Assembly (NCBI RefSeq): GCF_006345805.1
Contig: NC_043007.1
Span: 20,212,001-20,276,000 of the forward strand
Source of the DNA: Octopus sinensis
Taxonomy: Eukaryota
Length of the DNA stretch: 64,000 nt
Reading direction: 5' to 3'
Numbering within the stretch: the stretch's first letter is position 1; every line of letters begins with the position of its first letter. Below, one piece after another: positions 37,691 through 51,208 of this stretch. The position numbers and the translations under genes are program-made. A model generated the notes under the pieces. The model worked only from the letters and a program-made list of their open reading frames with translations. It was not told where the DNA came from and did no database searches.

Positions 37691-38771
37691 CTTATGTACT
37701 ACTATATATATGTAGTACTATATAATGTAATACTATATATTACTAAAGGACGGGATGATAATTACTGGTAGGCTTCTTTACAGCAAATCTTGATTAGGGT
37801 TGACCAATGACATAACTATAACAAAAAACAACAGATGTTATTCATTTCTGATTTGGAAATCTAATCGCTTTCCTGATGATCAGGTTACATGCTATCCTCT
37901 GAAAAGTGATATCTGCAAACATAAAGAAACCACTTTCTCTGTAACACACTTCTCTGTCCTGGATCACCTCAACAATATCTTCCAATTAGCTTCAGTTAAA
38001 GTCTCTCCGAGGAATTCATTTGCTGTCTTCGTTGCTCCTTTTCATTCCATCACCTGTCTGTCTCATATCCTACATCAAACAAATCAATCACGCCTTGCTT
38101 CTCATTTCGCCCCAACCAAGAAAACACACACACACACACACACACACGTTAACCTTCATGCTGATGAACAAGACCTCTAAGAGAGAACTACAAGGTCACA
38201 AGATCGGCTAGAAGGTAGCGGTCAAATCTTCCTCAAATATACCTTACCTCTATGTGGAGTGCCCAAACCAGACAGTTAATACAAGGGAGATAATCACTTC
38301 ATAATATTTGGTGGGATTAAACATTTGAATTTGGAATTTTAAAAACAAGGAAGATGCATAAAATACACATTTTTTTGTTGCTTTTTTTAACTTTTTTTAA
38401 CTTGTTTCAGTCATCAGACTGTGGCCATGCTGGGGCACCTCCTTGAAGAATTTTAGTCAACTCTAGCACTGTTTTTAAGTCTGGTATTAATTCTATCAGT
38501 CTCTTTGCCAAACTGCTAATTTATGAGATCATAAATACACTAACATCAGGTGTCAAGCAGTGATGACGGACAAACACAGACACAAACACGTGCGTTTATG
38601 CACACACACACACACACGCACACATACATGCAAATGATGGGCTTCTTTCAGTTTCCATCTACCAAATATACTCACAAGGAACAATGTAGTTAGGAAGCAA
38701 ACTTCTTACCACACAGCCACACCTGTACCTACTTATTTTTATTTTATTTTATCTTATTTTAATTTTTTGCA

Positions 38772-38958
38772 TAGGAGTGGCTATGTGGTAAGTAGCTTGC
38801 TTACCAACCACATGGTCCTGGGTTCAGTCCCACTGCGTGACACCTTGGGCAAGTGTCTTCTACTATAGCCTCGGGCCGCCCAAGCCTTGTGAGTGGATTT
38901 GGTAGACGGAAACTGAAAGAAGCCCGTCGTATATGCATATATATATATATATATATAT

Positions 38959-39011
<53 letters not shown>

Positions 39012-39031
39012 GTATATATATATATATAATA

Positions 39032-39091
<60 letters not shown>

Positions 39092-39357
39092 AATATATAT
39101 TATATATATATATATGTATATATATATGTGTGTGTGTATATGTTTGTGTGTCTGTTTGTCCCCCAGCATTGCTTGACAACCTATGCTGGTGTGTTTACGT
39201 CCCTGTAACTTAGCGGTTCAGCAAAAGGGACTGATAGAATAAGTACTAGGCTTGCAAAGAATAAGTCCTGGGGGTCGATTATTTGCTCGACTATAAAGGC
39301 GGTGCTCCAGCATGGCCACAGTCAAATGACTGAAACAAAGTAAAAGAGTAAAAGAGA
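38772..39357 (+). mobile_element. SINE family A with about 200-bp (TA)n expansion
   Basis: Head at 38772, TA tract 38935-39135, tail GAGTAAAAGAG. Confidence 0.85.
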
Positions 39358-40439
39358 GATAGTTTTAAAATTTGTAGCCTTTGGATACCATTGTTATAGA
39401 GACAGCACCTGAAACAAAGAGCAGATGGTCATGGCTGGAATGCCTCATAACATAGATCTATTCATTCAGAGCTTACTTAGCTGGACTTAAACAACAACAC
39501 ATTAACCTTTGTTAAAGAATCTCAGAACACTGCAGTGCACACCCACTCAACAAATGACAACATACCACCCTTCTTCCTTGATGTTCATTAACCCATAATA
39601 AAAATATTAACACAATGTAATTAATGTGCTTTGCTCTGATGAAGGCATCCAATGATATCATAAAATGCTTGGCCCTTCCTACTTCACAATGTAGCTTTAG
39701 AACAATACAACAGATCTTCCCATTCACTGATTTATAGAATGAGTGATGACTAAATGCAAACATGGCTGAAAGGGTTTCATGTTTTTTTTTTTTGCTTTTA
39801 ATCAGAAAGACATGTGGCAAGAGTGTGGGTGTATTTTTTGTTTGTTTGTTTAACGCTCATCTTTTTGTTTTGTTTTTTTTTTTAAATATTTTTATCTATG
39901 ATACCATATGAATAGTAATATATAAATAATAATATAAATGTGCCCTTTTAAAGCCTAGCCAGGCTCATGGGCCCGGTTTCCCGGTTTCTATGGCGTATGT
40001 GTTCCCCAGCTGGACGGGATGCCAGTCCATCACAGTGTTACTCATTTTTGCCAGCTGAGTGGACTGGAGCAACGTGAAATGAAGTGTTTTGCTCAAGAAC
40101 ACAACGCGTCGCCCAGTCCAGGAATCGAAACCACAATCTTACAATCATGGTGCTGACACCCTAACCACTAAGCCACGCATCTCCACATGATACCATATAT
40201 TGGTTTCAAATTTCAGCACAAGGCCAGCATTTTCGGGCAAGGGGGTAAGTTGATGACATCAACTGCAGTGTTCAACTGGTGATTATTTTATCAACTCTGA
40301 AAACAAAAGGCAAAGCTGACTTTGGCTGAATTTGAACTCAGATCATAAAGACAGATGAAATGTTGCAAAGCATTTAGCCTGGCATGCTAATGATTCAGCC
40401 AGCTTGCTGCCTTGTCTGTACTACCATGGATATTGTAGA

Positions 40440-41010
40440 TGTGGTACCCGTGCCGGTGGCACGTTGGGCCTCACAGAGGAAATGACGAAAGACTGCGACC
40501 TCTGAGGTATGCTGAGACTGAGAAGACCCGACAAATGAAGTGAGTTCGTGGTTCGCAGGACGGCCTGCTGTGCTAACCTTGGATCATAAAGTGACCTGCT
40601 GTGCTTAAGGAGACCTATTTGTGTCAAGTACGTCAACATCAATATCAAAATGAAAATCAAATGGAAATTGTAGTTGTGATACTCATGCCAGTGGCACATA
40701 AAAAATACCATTTGAACGTGGCCGATACCAGAGCCGTTTTCACTGGCGTCTGTGCTGGTGGCACATAAAAAGCACTAAGCGATCGTGGCCATTTGCCAGC
40801 CTCCTCTGGCACCTGTGCCGGTGACACATAAAAAGCGCCCACTACACTCACGGAGTGGTTGGCGTTAGGAAGGGCATCCAGCTGTAGAAACTCTGCCAGA
40901 TCAGACTGGAGCCTGGTGCAGCCTCCTGGCTTCCCAGATCCCAGTCGAACTGTCCGACCCATGCTAGCATGGAAAACGGACGTTAAACGATGATGATGAT
41001 GATAATGATG
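40440..41010 (+). mobile_element. RTE family-2 3' end including ORF terminus
   Basis: LGLTEEMTKDCDL*... at about 40485-40550 continuous with 3'UTR repeats and (GAT)n tail; shows the frequent short tail copies are LINE truncations. Confidence 0.8.
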
Positions 41011-41480
41011 ATATTCTTTTTTATAAACAAAACTAGATGTCCTTCTTGTTACTATCTCTTATCTGTTTTTAAAGTAAGCAAGTTATATATATATTCTTTT
41101 ATTCTTTTATTTGTTTCAGTCATTTGACTGCAGCCATGCTGGAGCACCACCTTTAGTCAAACAAATCGAGCCCAGGACTTATTCCTTGTAAGCCTAGTAC
41201 TTATTCTATCGGTTTCTTTTGCTGAAGTGCTGGAAAAGACAAGAGATCTATACAAATCAAATTTTTATATATAAAAGATGGAGGTGGAAACAGCACAGAA
41301 GTAAGTATAAGACATTTCAATTTAGGAGGGAATTTGAATAAAAGTCATATAAAGAAAATATTCCCGGTTTCGATGCATCTAATCTTGTCAAATATCAGTA
41401 ACAATCTATAACAATTTGAAATAAAAACAGTTTGTCTTCTGTCTGGGGTCAAGAGACATTTATTTCTTATATATAGGTGT

Positions 41481-41830
41481 ACACACACACACGCACACAC
41501 ACTTACACGCATACACACACACACTTACACACACACACACTCGCACACATACACACATACACATACACACTCGCACACACACACACACACACATACACAT
41601 ACACACACATACACACTCGCACACATACACACTCACACAGATATACACACACACACACATACATACACATACACACACACGCTTACACACATACACTTAC
41701 ACACATACACACACACACACACTTACACACATACACTTACACACATACACTTACACACATACACACTCGCACATATACACACTCGCACACATGCACATAC
41801 ACACACTTACACACATACACACTTGTACAC
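41481..41830. repeat. Interrupted (CA)n microsatellite
   Basis: Directly visible. Confidence 0.95.
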
Positions 41831-42297
41831 ACATACCTGGAATATTTAATGTAGATAAATCTATAGTCATTTACCTGGAAAAACATCATCAGCTACTTTT
41901 CTGCCTACTGAAGAGAACAAAGAGAATTTTTTTTACATCATCAGCATTCTCCATAAATAAATAATTGTCAATTTATTTGCGTTACACATGTCTCAGGTTT
42001 TGATTTTATGCTGTGTCCTACATTTATGGATGTGGGACGCATATATGTAGGACTCACACATAGATACATGTGTGTGTGTGTGTGTGTGTAAATGGTTATA
42101 TCTTTATATATGTATATCGCATACATACATACATGCATACATACATACACTTATATATGCTAATAAGATATGGACTCAATAGAGAAAAAAAAGGAAGCTA
42201 AATAGATCATTGCTCAAGAAACCAATGGGTTTAAACCTTGTATTTTATGCTTGTGAAGCAAACACAGCCATATTAATAAAATATAAATGCACATATA

Positions 42298-42631
42298 GGT
42301 GTAGGAGTGGGTGTGTGGTAAGTAGCTTGCTCACCAACCACATGGTTCTGGGTTCAGTCCCACTGCTTGGCACCTTAGACAAGTGTTTTCTACTATAGCC
42401 TTGGGCCAACCAAAGCCTTGTGAGTGGATTTGGTTGACAGAAACTGTAAGAAGCCCGTCGTATATATGTATATATATATATATATATGTGTGTGTATGTG
42501 TGTGTATATGTTTGTGTGTCTGTGTGTGTCTCCCACCCGCCAACATCGCTTGACAACCAATGCTGGTGTGTTTACATTCCCATAACTTAGCGGTTCGACA
42601 AAAGAGACCGATAGAATAAGTACTAAGCTTA
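42298..42631 (+). mobile_element. SINE family A, 3'-truncated
   Basis: Head at 42298; ends abruptly against the RTE RT fragment. Confidence 0.8.
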
Positions 42632-43706
42632 CTAGTTTTTCTCCTTGGAATGTGGCGGAAGTTGTTCTCTGCATATTTTCACTGTTTATTGCCCCTGAGC
42701 ATCTGCCACATACAAAAACTATCTTCCCAGTTAGCCATCCTTTGATATTGCTGCACCTCTTATGTGCCCATAGCACTGGGTACATCTTATAGAGTTTCTA
42801 CCTATGCCTTTTCTACTGATCGAGCAGGGCCATCTACCTGAAGGGATTTGTGGTTTGCCTGCCATCCTACTTATTAGGACTTTGGTTTTAGCTAGGTTGA
42901 TTCTAAGGCCCTTCGATTCTAATCCTTGTTTCCACACTTGAAACTTCTTGAGTTCTGATAGTAACTCAGCAATTAGAGCAAGGTCGTCAGCATAGAGGAG
43001 CTCCCAGGGACATCCTGTCTTGAATTCCTCTTTATTGCCTGGAGGACTATCATAAATAGGAGGGGGATGAGGACTGAACCTTGGTAGACCCCTTACCTCT
43101 ACATGGAATTCTTCACTGTACTCATTGCCAACCCTCACCTTACAGACAGTGTCTCTGTACATGGCTTGCACAGTTCTCACTAACCATTCATCTATCCCTA
43201 GTTTCCTCATTGACCACCAGATAAGGGATCGGTGGACCCTGTCAAAGGCTTTCTCCATGTCAACGAAAGCCAGGTACAGAGGTTTATCTTTGGTTGGGTA
43301 TTTCTCCTGCAGCTATCTTACCAGAAATATGGCATCAGTGGTGCTTTTCCCTGGCACGAACCTAAACTGCATCTCCTCTAAACTGACTCTCTCTCTAATC
43401 AGTTGTGCTATGACTCTCTCCATGACCTTCATAACCTGATCCAACAACTTGATACCTCTGTAGTTATTTGTATCTAAAGCGTCACCTTTACCTTTGTAGC
43501 AGTTGACTATTATGCTGCTACACCAGTCATTGGGTATGACTCCTTTGTGTATCACCTGGTTAACTATATGGGTGACTAAGCTATAGCCGACACTGCCAGA
43601 TATTTTGAGCATCTGTGCAGTGATTCTTGATGGGCCGGGGGGCTTTCCCTGTCCTCATACTCTTGATTGCTTTAACTACCAAGGTACTGTCAATTCAGAT
43701 TCGCTT
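42632..43706 (-). mobile_element. RTE (BovB-type) LINE reverse-transcriptase fragment, frameshifted
   Basis: KGKGDALDTNNYRGIKLL, QFRFVPGKSTTDAIF, EKAFDRV, ELLYADDLALIAE, GLRINLAKTKV motifs of non-LTR RT. Confidence 0.95.
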
Positions 43707-43892
43707 ATATATATATATATATAATATATATATATATATCCATAGATAGTTACATACATGCATACATACACATACATACACATTGTTGCATGTGTGGTGT
43801 ATATAAATGAAAATTATACACATCAATAAATAACTGCCAATAAATTGCTGCATCAAACAAAAAATATCCTGTTGTGTTTATTCCACCTGAGT

Positions 43893-43929
<37 letters not shown>

Positions 43930-44887
43930 CACACACACACACAACACACACACACACAGCACACACACACACATGCATGTACAAACACATGCATTCACTT
44001 GTCCCTCTCATTGTTGGAAATACCATGAAACAGTTATTGGCTCACTGTAAACTTATAAATCAATGATGCTTTTATTCACAAATATATATATAATTCTTTT
44101 CTATACAAACATATATAAAGGATGTCCCTTTTAAAAAAAACAAAAAGCTATAGCATTCTTCCTCCCTTCTAACTCAGTGAAATTCATTGGTTCAGAAGGG
44201 AAGAAGCAGAAAGACCAAGCTTGAAAGGTAGGAGACAAGCTGTTGCTAGGCTTGACAACCAATGCTGGTGTGTTTACGTCCCAGTGACTTAGGGGTTCGG
44301 TAAAAGGGACCGATAGAATAAGTACTAGGCTTACAAAGAATAAGTCCTGGGATCAATTTCTTCGACTAACGGCAGTGCTCCAGCATGGCTGCAGTCAAAT
44401 GGCAGAAACAAGTCAAAGAAACATTCCTGTAAAAACATATAACATACTCTGTGCATCTCATAAACAGATACAGAACTGATTCTATACACTTCATAAATAC
44501 ACATATATCAGAAATAAGCATTTCACAGAGAGACATATAGTTGGCTATACATTCCCCAGTAGAGCCATGTGGTTTTGTGATTAGAGTATTGTATTCATGG
44601 TTATAAGACTGTGGTCTCAGTTCCTAGACTGGGTAATGCATTGTATTCTTGAGCAAGACACTCCATTTCATGTTGCTCCAGTTCACGCAACTGTAAGTGA
44701 GTAAACTCTGTGATGGACTGGTGTATCATTCAGGGGGAATATATACACCACAGAATCCAGGAAACCGGTCTTATTAGCCTATGGTTTGGAAAGGACCTTT
44801 GGCCCTCATATTTTAGATACATTTCAATGCATGTGCATATCAAGTTCTCTTTTAATTTTTACATGGCAAAGCATATAAACATATATA

Positions 44888-45454
44888 TTGGGTTGTCCAG
44901 AATGTTCATGCCGATTTTTAAGGGAAATAAAAAGGTCAATAAATACTTGCCATTACATTTTTAATTAACCAAATATGAACCATTTTATTGCACAGTGCAT
45001 CTCCATCTTTCCTTTAACTTGAAAATACCCTCTTCCCAGAATTGAGGTGGTTTCATGGCAAAGAATTCATCAAGGTATCAATTTATGTCATCCAAGGAAT
45101 TGAAATTTTTACCATTAAGACTATTCTGCAGAGACCTGAATAAGTGGAAATCCGAAGGAGCAATATCTGGCGAATATGGCGGGTGGGGTAACACATCCCA
45201 GCTGAGCTGCAGCAATTTTTGTCTGGTTCCCAAAGCATCAAGTGCTGAAAATGAACTTTCTTATCTTCCATTTTAAAGGGTGACATAATTTATCAGAGGT
45301 TATAGGAACATAAACCTTCTTCCACGAAAAAATAGCTTAAACTGTGCTCTAAATGGAGGTGTAGTCAAATCCTATTTTATGGACTCAACCATGTTCTAAA
45401 ATAAGTTGAAAGGTAAGCTACTATAAATCGGCATGAACTTTCAGGACAACCCAA
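44888..45454 (-). mobile_element. Internally deleted mariner with both TIRs
   Basis: TA-flanked TIRs TTGGGTTGTCC(A/T)GAA(T/A)GTTCATGCCGATTT; minus strand encodes WDVLPHPPYSPDIAPSDFHLFRSLQNSL. Confidence 0.9.
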
Positions 45455-45539
45455 TACATTCTACATATGTGTTTATATAACCTTCAAATGGCCAAATGAG
45501 AGATATGAATAATATATATATATATATATATGTGTGTGC

Positions 45540-45910
45540 ACATGGTTCAGGGTTCAGTCCTACTGCGTGGCACCTTGGGTAAGTGTCTTCTGCTATAGTC
45601 TCGGGCCAACCAAAACCTTGTGAGTGGATTTGGTAGACGGAGACTGAAAGAAGCCCGTCGTATCTATGTATATATATATGTGTGTGTGTGTGTGTGTGGT
45701 GTGTGTGTGTGTGTATGTCTGTGTATCTGTATTTGTCCCGATGCTGGTGTGTTTACGTCCCCGTAACTTAGCGGTTCGGCAAAGGAGACCGTTAAAATAA
45801 GTACTAGGCTTACAAAGAATAAGTCCTGGGGTCGATTTGTTCAACTAAAAAAAAAAAAAGGCAGTGCTCCAGCATGGCCACAGTCAAATGACTGAAACAA
45901 GTAAAAGAGC
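45540..45910 (+). mobile_element. SINE family A
   Basis: 5'-clipped copy. Confidence 0.8.
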
Positions 45911-46654
45911 AAAATAGTATGATATTGTATAATACACAATGTACAAATTATACAAAATATATAATATATATTGTATATTATATAACACACACATTACACA
46001 CACACACATACATACATACATATGAAAATATATCTGTACATACAAATATATGGAGGCATACCTACACACATTCACGCATTTATTTATTTCTCCTTTCCTA
46101 TTCTTACCCTCACCCTATTTGTCATTCTTAGCTGTGCCAACTACTCTTTCTCACCAGTAGTATTTCAAGTTTAATCTGTCTACACAAACAACTACTGCTT
46201 AGAAATCAAGCAACATACAATACGAGCCAGAAGGTCTTTTAAAATGCTTTTTTGTGTAATTAAGGTGTTTCGAATAGACTTGACATAGTTTTTATACAAA
46301 AATCTGAACATATCATGTTTGAAGACATTTTTTTTTCTTTTTTTTTTTTCTCTATTTATAGCTGAAGTTTTTATGAGGTTATTTATTGCTGAGAAATATA
46401 TTCTTAAAGTTTACTCTTCCAGAACATTCTAGTGTTAGGAATCATCCACCGAATATATCAGAAAAAAAAAATACACTTTAAAAATACTTGCAAAAACCTT
46501 CAGATTTACAACTAAAATAACTAGAGCATTTTTTAAAAACATATTTAACCCTTTAGTATTCAGGTTATTCTGTCAAATGTAATACTTATTTATTCTTATT
46601 CATATAGTTTTGAATTAATCCTGTATTATCACAGAGCTTTGATATTTCAATGAT

Positions 46655-46905
46655 CGTTACCAACGTCGCCTTACTGGCACCTGTGGCAGTGGCATGTGTA
46701 AAAAGATTCGAGCAAGGTCATTGCCAGTGCCGCCTGACTGGTCCCCGTGCCGGTGGCACGTAAAAGCACCCACTACACTCTTGGAGTGGTTGGAGTTAGG
46801 AAGGGCATCCAGCTGTAGAAACTCTGCCAGATCAAGATTGGAGCCTGGTGCAGCCATTTGGTTTGCCAGCCCTCAGTCAAAATGATCCAACCCATGCTAG
46901 CATGA
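46655..46905 (+). mobile_element. RTE family-2 3'UTR fragment
   Basis: Same module. Confidence 0.75.
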
Positions 46906-47183
46906 CAAAAATGAATTGTACCTGTATTTCAAAGGGCCAGCCTTGTCACATTCTGTATCACACTGAATCTCCCTGAGAACTACATCAAGAGGAATATATA
47001 TAAAAATGTATGTATGTTTTTATGCTTTGTCTGTGGAGTATTCAGCCACTTGCATGTTAACTGTCATGCATGGGAAAATGAAAAGAGGTTCACCTACCTT
47101 CTTCTTGTTGACACCTGTCTAGTGGTAATCTCTCCGATGATCCTGCCCTACCCCTGTCACCCAGTATAATCAGCTGCTATATG

Positions 47184-47480
47184 TTGTTGTTTGTTCCTTC
47201 TCGAGCCATGCCTGGCTCAAAAGGGCCGGTTTCCTTAGCATATAAGTTCCCCAACTGGACGGGACACCGGTCTGTTGCAGGTGAGCTGCAAGATGCAGGA
47301 GGAAAGAGTGGGAGAAAGTTGTGGTGAAAGAGTCAGCAGAAGTTCACCATTACCTTCTGCCGGAGCCGTGTGGAGCTTAGGTGTTTTGCTCATAAACACA
47401 CACATCGCCCGGTCTGAGATTCGAATCCGCGATCCCTCGACTGCAAGTCCACTGCTCTAACCACTAGGCCATGTGCCTCC
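47184..47480 (-). mobile_element. SINE family C variant 2 inserted in a coding-like island
   Basis: 13-bp TSD CAGCTGCTATATG. Confidence 0.8.
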
Positions 47481-48108
47481 AGCTGCTATATGACCAACCT
47501 GGGAGCGAATTCACTAACGTCCATCGATGATGTCTCTGACGGGGCAAAAGAGGCCGATGCTTGCCCCTCTGCCCCTACTTCTCCCCTCGTGCTTCCTCTT
47601 CCAGTCAGCCCCTTGACCTTTGACATCATGACCCTCTTCTTCCAGATCATCCCCACATTAATTTTACAAACAGGCTGTTCTGTTAATCAGATCAACTGGA
47701 ATCATTGCCATCGTATTTGACGGGGTGCCAGTTTTATTCTTCAGGGTTGAAAACACATTTCAATTTATGTGAGAAGTTAACTTGTGAAAGAAATCATGCA
47801 ATACATGTGGAAATTTGTCCCTCACACATTTAACATCACAAAAGAATAAATTAATAAATCACTAGAAATGATTTGGGATAGAAATTGTCCAGGAACTGCA
47901 TAGAAAAAAAATTGTTAAAATATTTTGTGTGTTGTAGAAGTACAACCAGTTTTATCAGACCCTATTTTTAACAACCAAATCTTATATGAACCCACAAAGG
48001 TCATGTGGACCCTGGCTGAGAACTACTGGACCAAACCTTTTAAGGTGGTGTCCCAACATGGCCACAGTCCAATGAGTAAAACAAGTAAGCAATAAAAGAT
48101 AAGTAATA

Positions 48109-48490
48109 AGGTGGCGAACTGGCAGAAATGTTAGCATGCTTAGCAGTATTTCGTCTGCCATTACGTTCTGAGTTCAAATTCTGCCAAGGTCGACTTTGCC
48201 TTTCATCATTTCAGGGTCGATTAAATAAGTACCAGTTACGCACTGGGGTCGATATAATCGACTTTATCTGTTTGTCTGTCCTTGTTTGTCCCTTCTGTGT
48301 TTAGCCCCTTGTGGGTAGTAAAGAAATAGGTATTTCGTCTGCCGCTACATTCCGAGTTCAAATTCTGCCGAGGTCGACTTTGCCTTTCATCCTTTCGGGA
48401 TCGATTAAATAAGTACGAGTTACACACTGGGGTTGATGTAATCAACTTAATCCATTTGTTTGTCCCCTCTGTGTTAGCCCCTTGTAATAA
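48109..48490 (+). mobile_element. SINE family B, one head plus two bodies
   Basis: Junction AAGAAATA|GGTATTTCGTC at 48321-48339. Confidence 0.85.
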
Positions 48491-49140
48491 ATGATCCCAT
48501 TCCTCATATTTACCTTTTATTTTAATGGTATTACATGTGGCAAGTTGGCAGAATCATTAGCATGCAGGGCAAAATGCTGATCTGTCTTTATGTTCTGAGT
48601 TCAAATTCCACAGAGGTTGACTTTGCCTTTCATCCTTTTGGGGCCAATAAATCAAGTTGCAGTCAAGTACTAGGGTTGATGTGATCGACTATCCCTCTCC
48701 CCACAAATTCCAGGCCTTGTGCCTATGATAAAAAGGAGTTTAATGGCATTCATTATAGTCCCCTACATACTTGGACGACCGTGTCAGTTAATCACAATAT
48801 CTAGTATTTAGTGCTTTTTTGTATTTTTCAGACCAGCCAAGCTACCAACCTCTATAGTTCATGACAACTTTTTCAGCTGTATTAAGAGTGCCTGCTAGTT
48901 GTCAGTAATATAACAATGTCACCGATACCAACAATAACATCAAGAACAAGCCATATCAACAGCAGTAGTACTTATCTCAACAATATCAGTAAAACCACCA
49001 ATACAATTAGTACTGTTAAAACTATCCAAACTAACAGCAACAAACACATAATTAACCACTAATAATCAAAGACATCGTTAACAATTAATAAATCATGTCA
49101 GTTGTGGGGGATACATAACCAACAGAACAACAGCAGTAAC

Positions 49141-49511
49141 AGGAGATGCAATGGCCCAGTGGTTAGGGCAGCGGACTCGTGGTCGGAGGATCGCGGTTTC
49201 GATTCCCAGACCGGATATTGTGTGTGTTTATTGAGCGAAAACACCTAAAGTTCCACGAGGCTCCGGCAGGGGGTGGTGGTGATCCCTGTTGTACTCTTTC
49301 GCTCTAACTTTCTCTCACTCTTTCTTCCTGTTTCTTGTCCCTGACTTCCTACGTAACCGCTGAGCCTGGATGCGCATTCATCCATCCGTCGATACTCTCG
49401 GTGTCAGGGGTTGGCCTGCTTTCTCTCTTCTGTGCGTCTTACGAATAGCAAAGGACCACGTTTCGGACTTCTCCCACTGAGACAAAAACCGCTTCGCTCA
49501 ACAGCAACGGC
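49141..49511 (+). mobile_element. SINE family C, full length
   Basis: 20-bp TSD AACAGAACAACAGCAGTAAC (49121-49140 and 49512-49531). Confidence 0.85.
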
Positions 49512-49719
49512 AACAGAACAACAGCAGTAACAACATCAACAATATATTATATACCAATATAAAACAATCTTTGAGGAAGTTACACAGTTTGTGGATTAAA
49601 CAGCCATCAAATTAAAATCTGTGATTGTCCAGAATGTAAAGATTATAGATTTTCTGTCATAAATTTCAGTAATTACTGAATTTGATGGCATATAAGATGC
49701 ATATTTTGTTTTTTTCTTG

Positions 49720-49884
49720 CAGGAGTGGCTGTGTGGTAAGTAGCTTGCTTACGAATCACATGGTTCTCGGTTCAATCCCAGTGTGTGGCACCTTGGGCAA
49801 GTGTCTTCTACTATAGCCTTGGGCAGACCAAAGTCTTGTGAGTGGATTTGGTAGACGGAAACTGAAAGAAGCCCGTCGTATATA

Positions 49885-49935
<51 letters not shown>

Positions 49936-50140
49936 GTATGTGTGTGTGTATACGTGTGTGTGTCTGTGTTTGTCCCTCCAACATCGCTTGACAACTGATG
50001 CTGGTGTGTTCGGCAAAAGTGACGGATAGAATAAGTACTAGGCTTCCAAAGAATAAGTCCTGGGGTCAATTTGCTTGACTAAAGGCGATGCTCCAGCATG
50101 GCCACAGTCAAATGACTGAAACTTGTAAAAGAATAAAAGA
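49720..50140 (+). mobile_element. SINE family A
   Basis: Full copy. Confidence 0.85.
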
Positions 50141-50659
50141 ATTAGAAGAATAAAATGGATCCACTGCTCTAGACATGCTAAACACGCAGTGTTGCTGAGC
50201 TTGAACATATGGCTTTGCCTTAACAGTCTATCCCTGTCAAACATTAGCCATAATATTTTATACTATTAAAATTATAAGAAGCATTCCTTCCAAGCTAATC
50301 TTCACCATGGATTACAAAGAATAAGCAGATTATGATGTTTTAAAGACTACATTTATAAATGCATGATGGACAGCACTTAATAACTTGAAACATGCATAAC
50401 GTCTTTACAGTTTATGTTAGTCTTGAACTGTCTAAAGGTTCTATCGCAAATATTGATTTGCATTCATCTACTTAATATTGATTTCTTTTGAGCAATTGAA
50501 AGCATTAGTGATCAAAGCCTTATGTGACCAACTTAATCTGTACATTCATAAACGGGTTGATAATAATTAAAAGCACTAAAGTGATTTAAGTCAAAGATCT
50601 TGTGCAGGCAAAATGGATTAGAATTTATATATATATAAACTATCATGAGTCACCATGAT

Positions 50660-51008
50660 AGATCGTTGGCCACTACACACATTTTTTACTCTCTTTGTTT
50701 TTTTTCTGTGTCCCTTTCTGTAGAAGAGCATAGGCTCAAAATGTAAAAGACTTTTTCAATTCCTGAGCATTATACTTATACAACTGTTTGTTTTGTACAC
50801 CACCTGCCTTCGTCTTTTGTTTTTTTTACCTAAACTCTCCCTATATATAGATTGTTAGCCACTACACACATTTTTTTCTCTCCTTGTTTTTTTTCTGTGT
50901 CCCTTTCTGTAGAAGAGCGTAGGCTCAAAACGTAAAAGACTTTTTCAATTCATCTGTTTGTTTTGTACACCACCTGTCTTTGTCTTTTTTTTTTGTGAAC
51001 TCTCCCAT
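50660..51008 (+). ncRNA. Tandem dimer of a 189-nt hammerhead-like unit (Penelope terminal repeat / retrozyme-like)
   Basis: CTTT CTGTAGA A GAGC (A/G)TAG GCTC AAAA(T/C) GTA AAAG with cores at 50718 and 50907. Confidence 0.55.
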
Positions 51009-51030
51009 ATATATATATATATATATATAT

Positions 51031-51088
<58 letters not shown>

Positions 51089-51208
51089 TAGATAGATAGA
51101 TAGATATAGGTATATATATATGCTTTCGATGTGAATGGTTTTGTTATACAGTGCAATGTTTTACAATCCTGTAGATAATGGTATTTATATAAGCTTAAAG
51201 CTTATATT

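Noticed and set aside
37800-38180. 126-aa plus-strand ORF in unique DNA
   Set aside because: TTG start, runs into a (CA)n tract, no recognisable motif or clear splice frame
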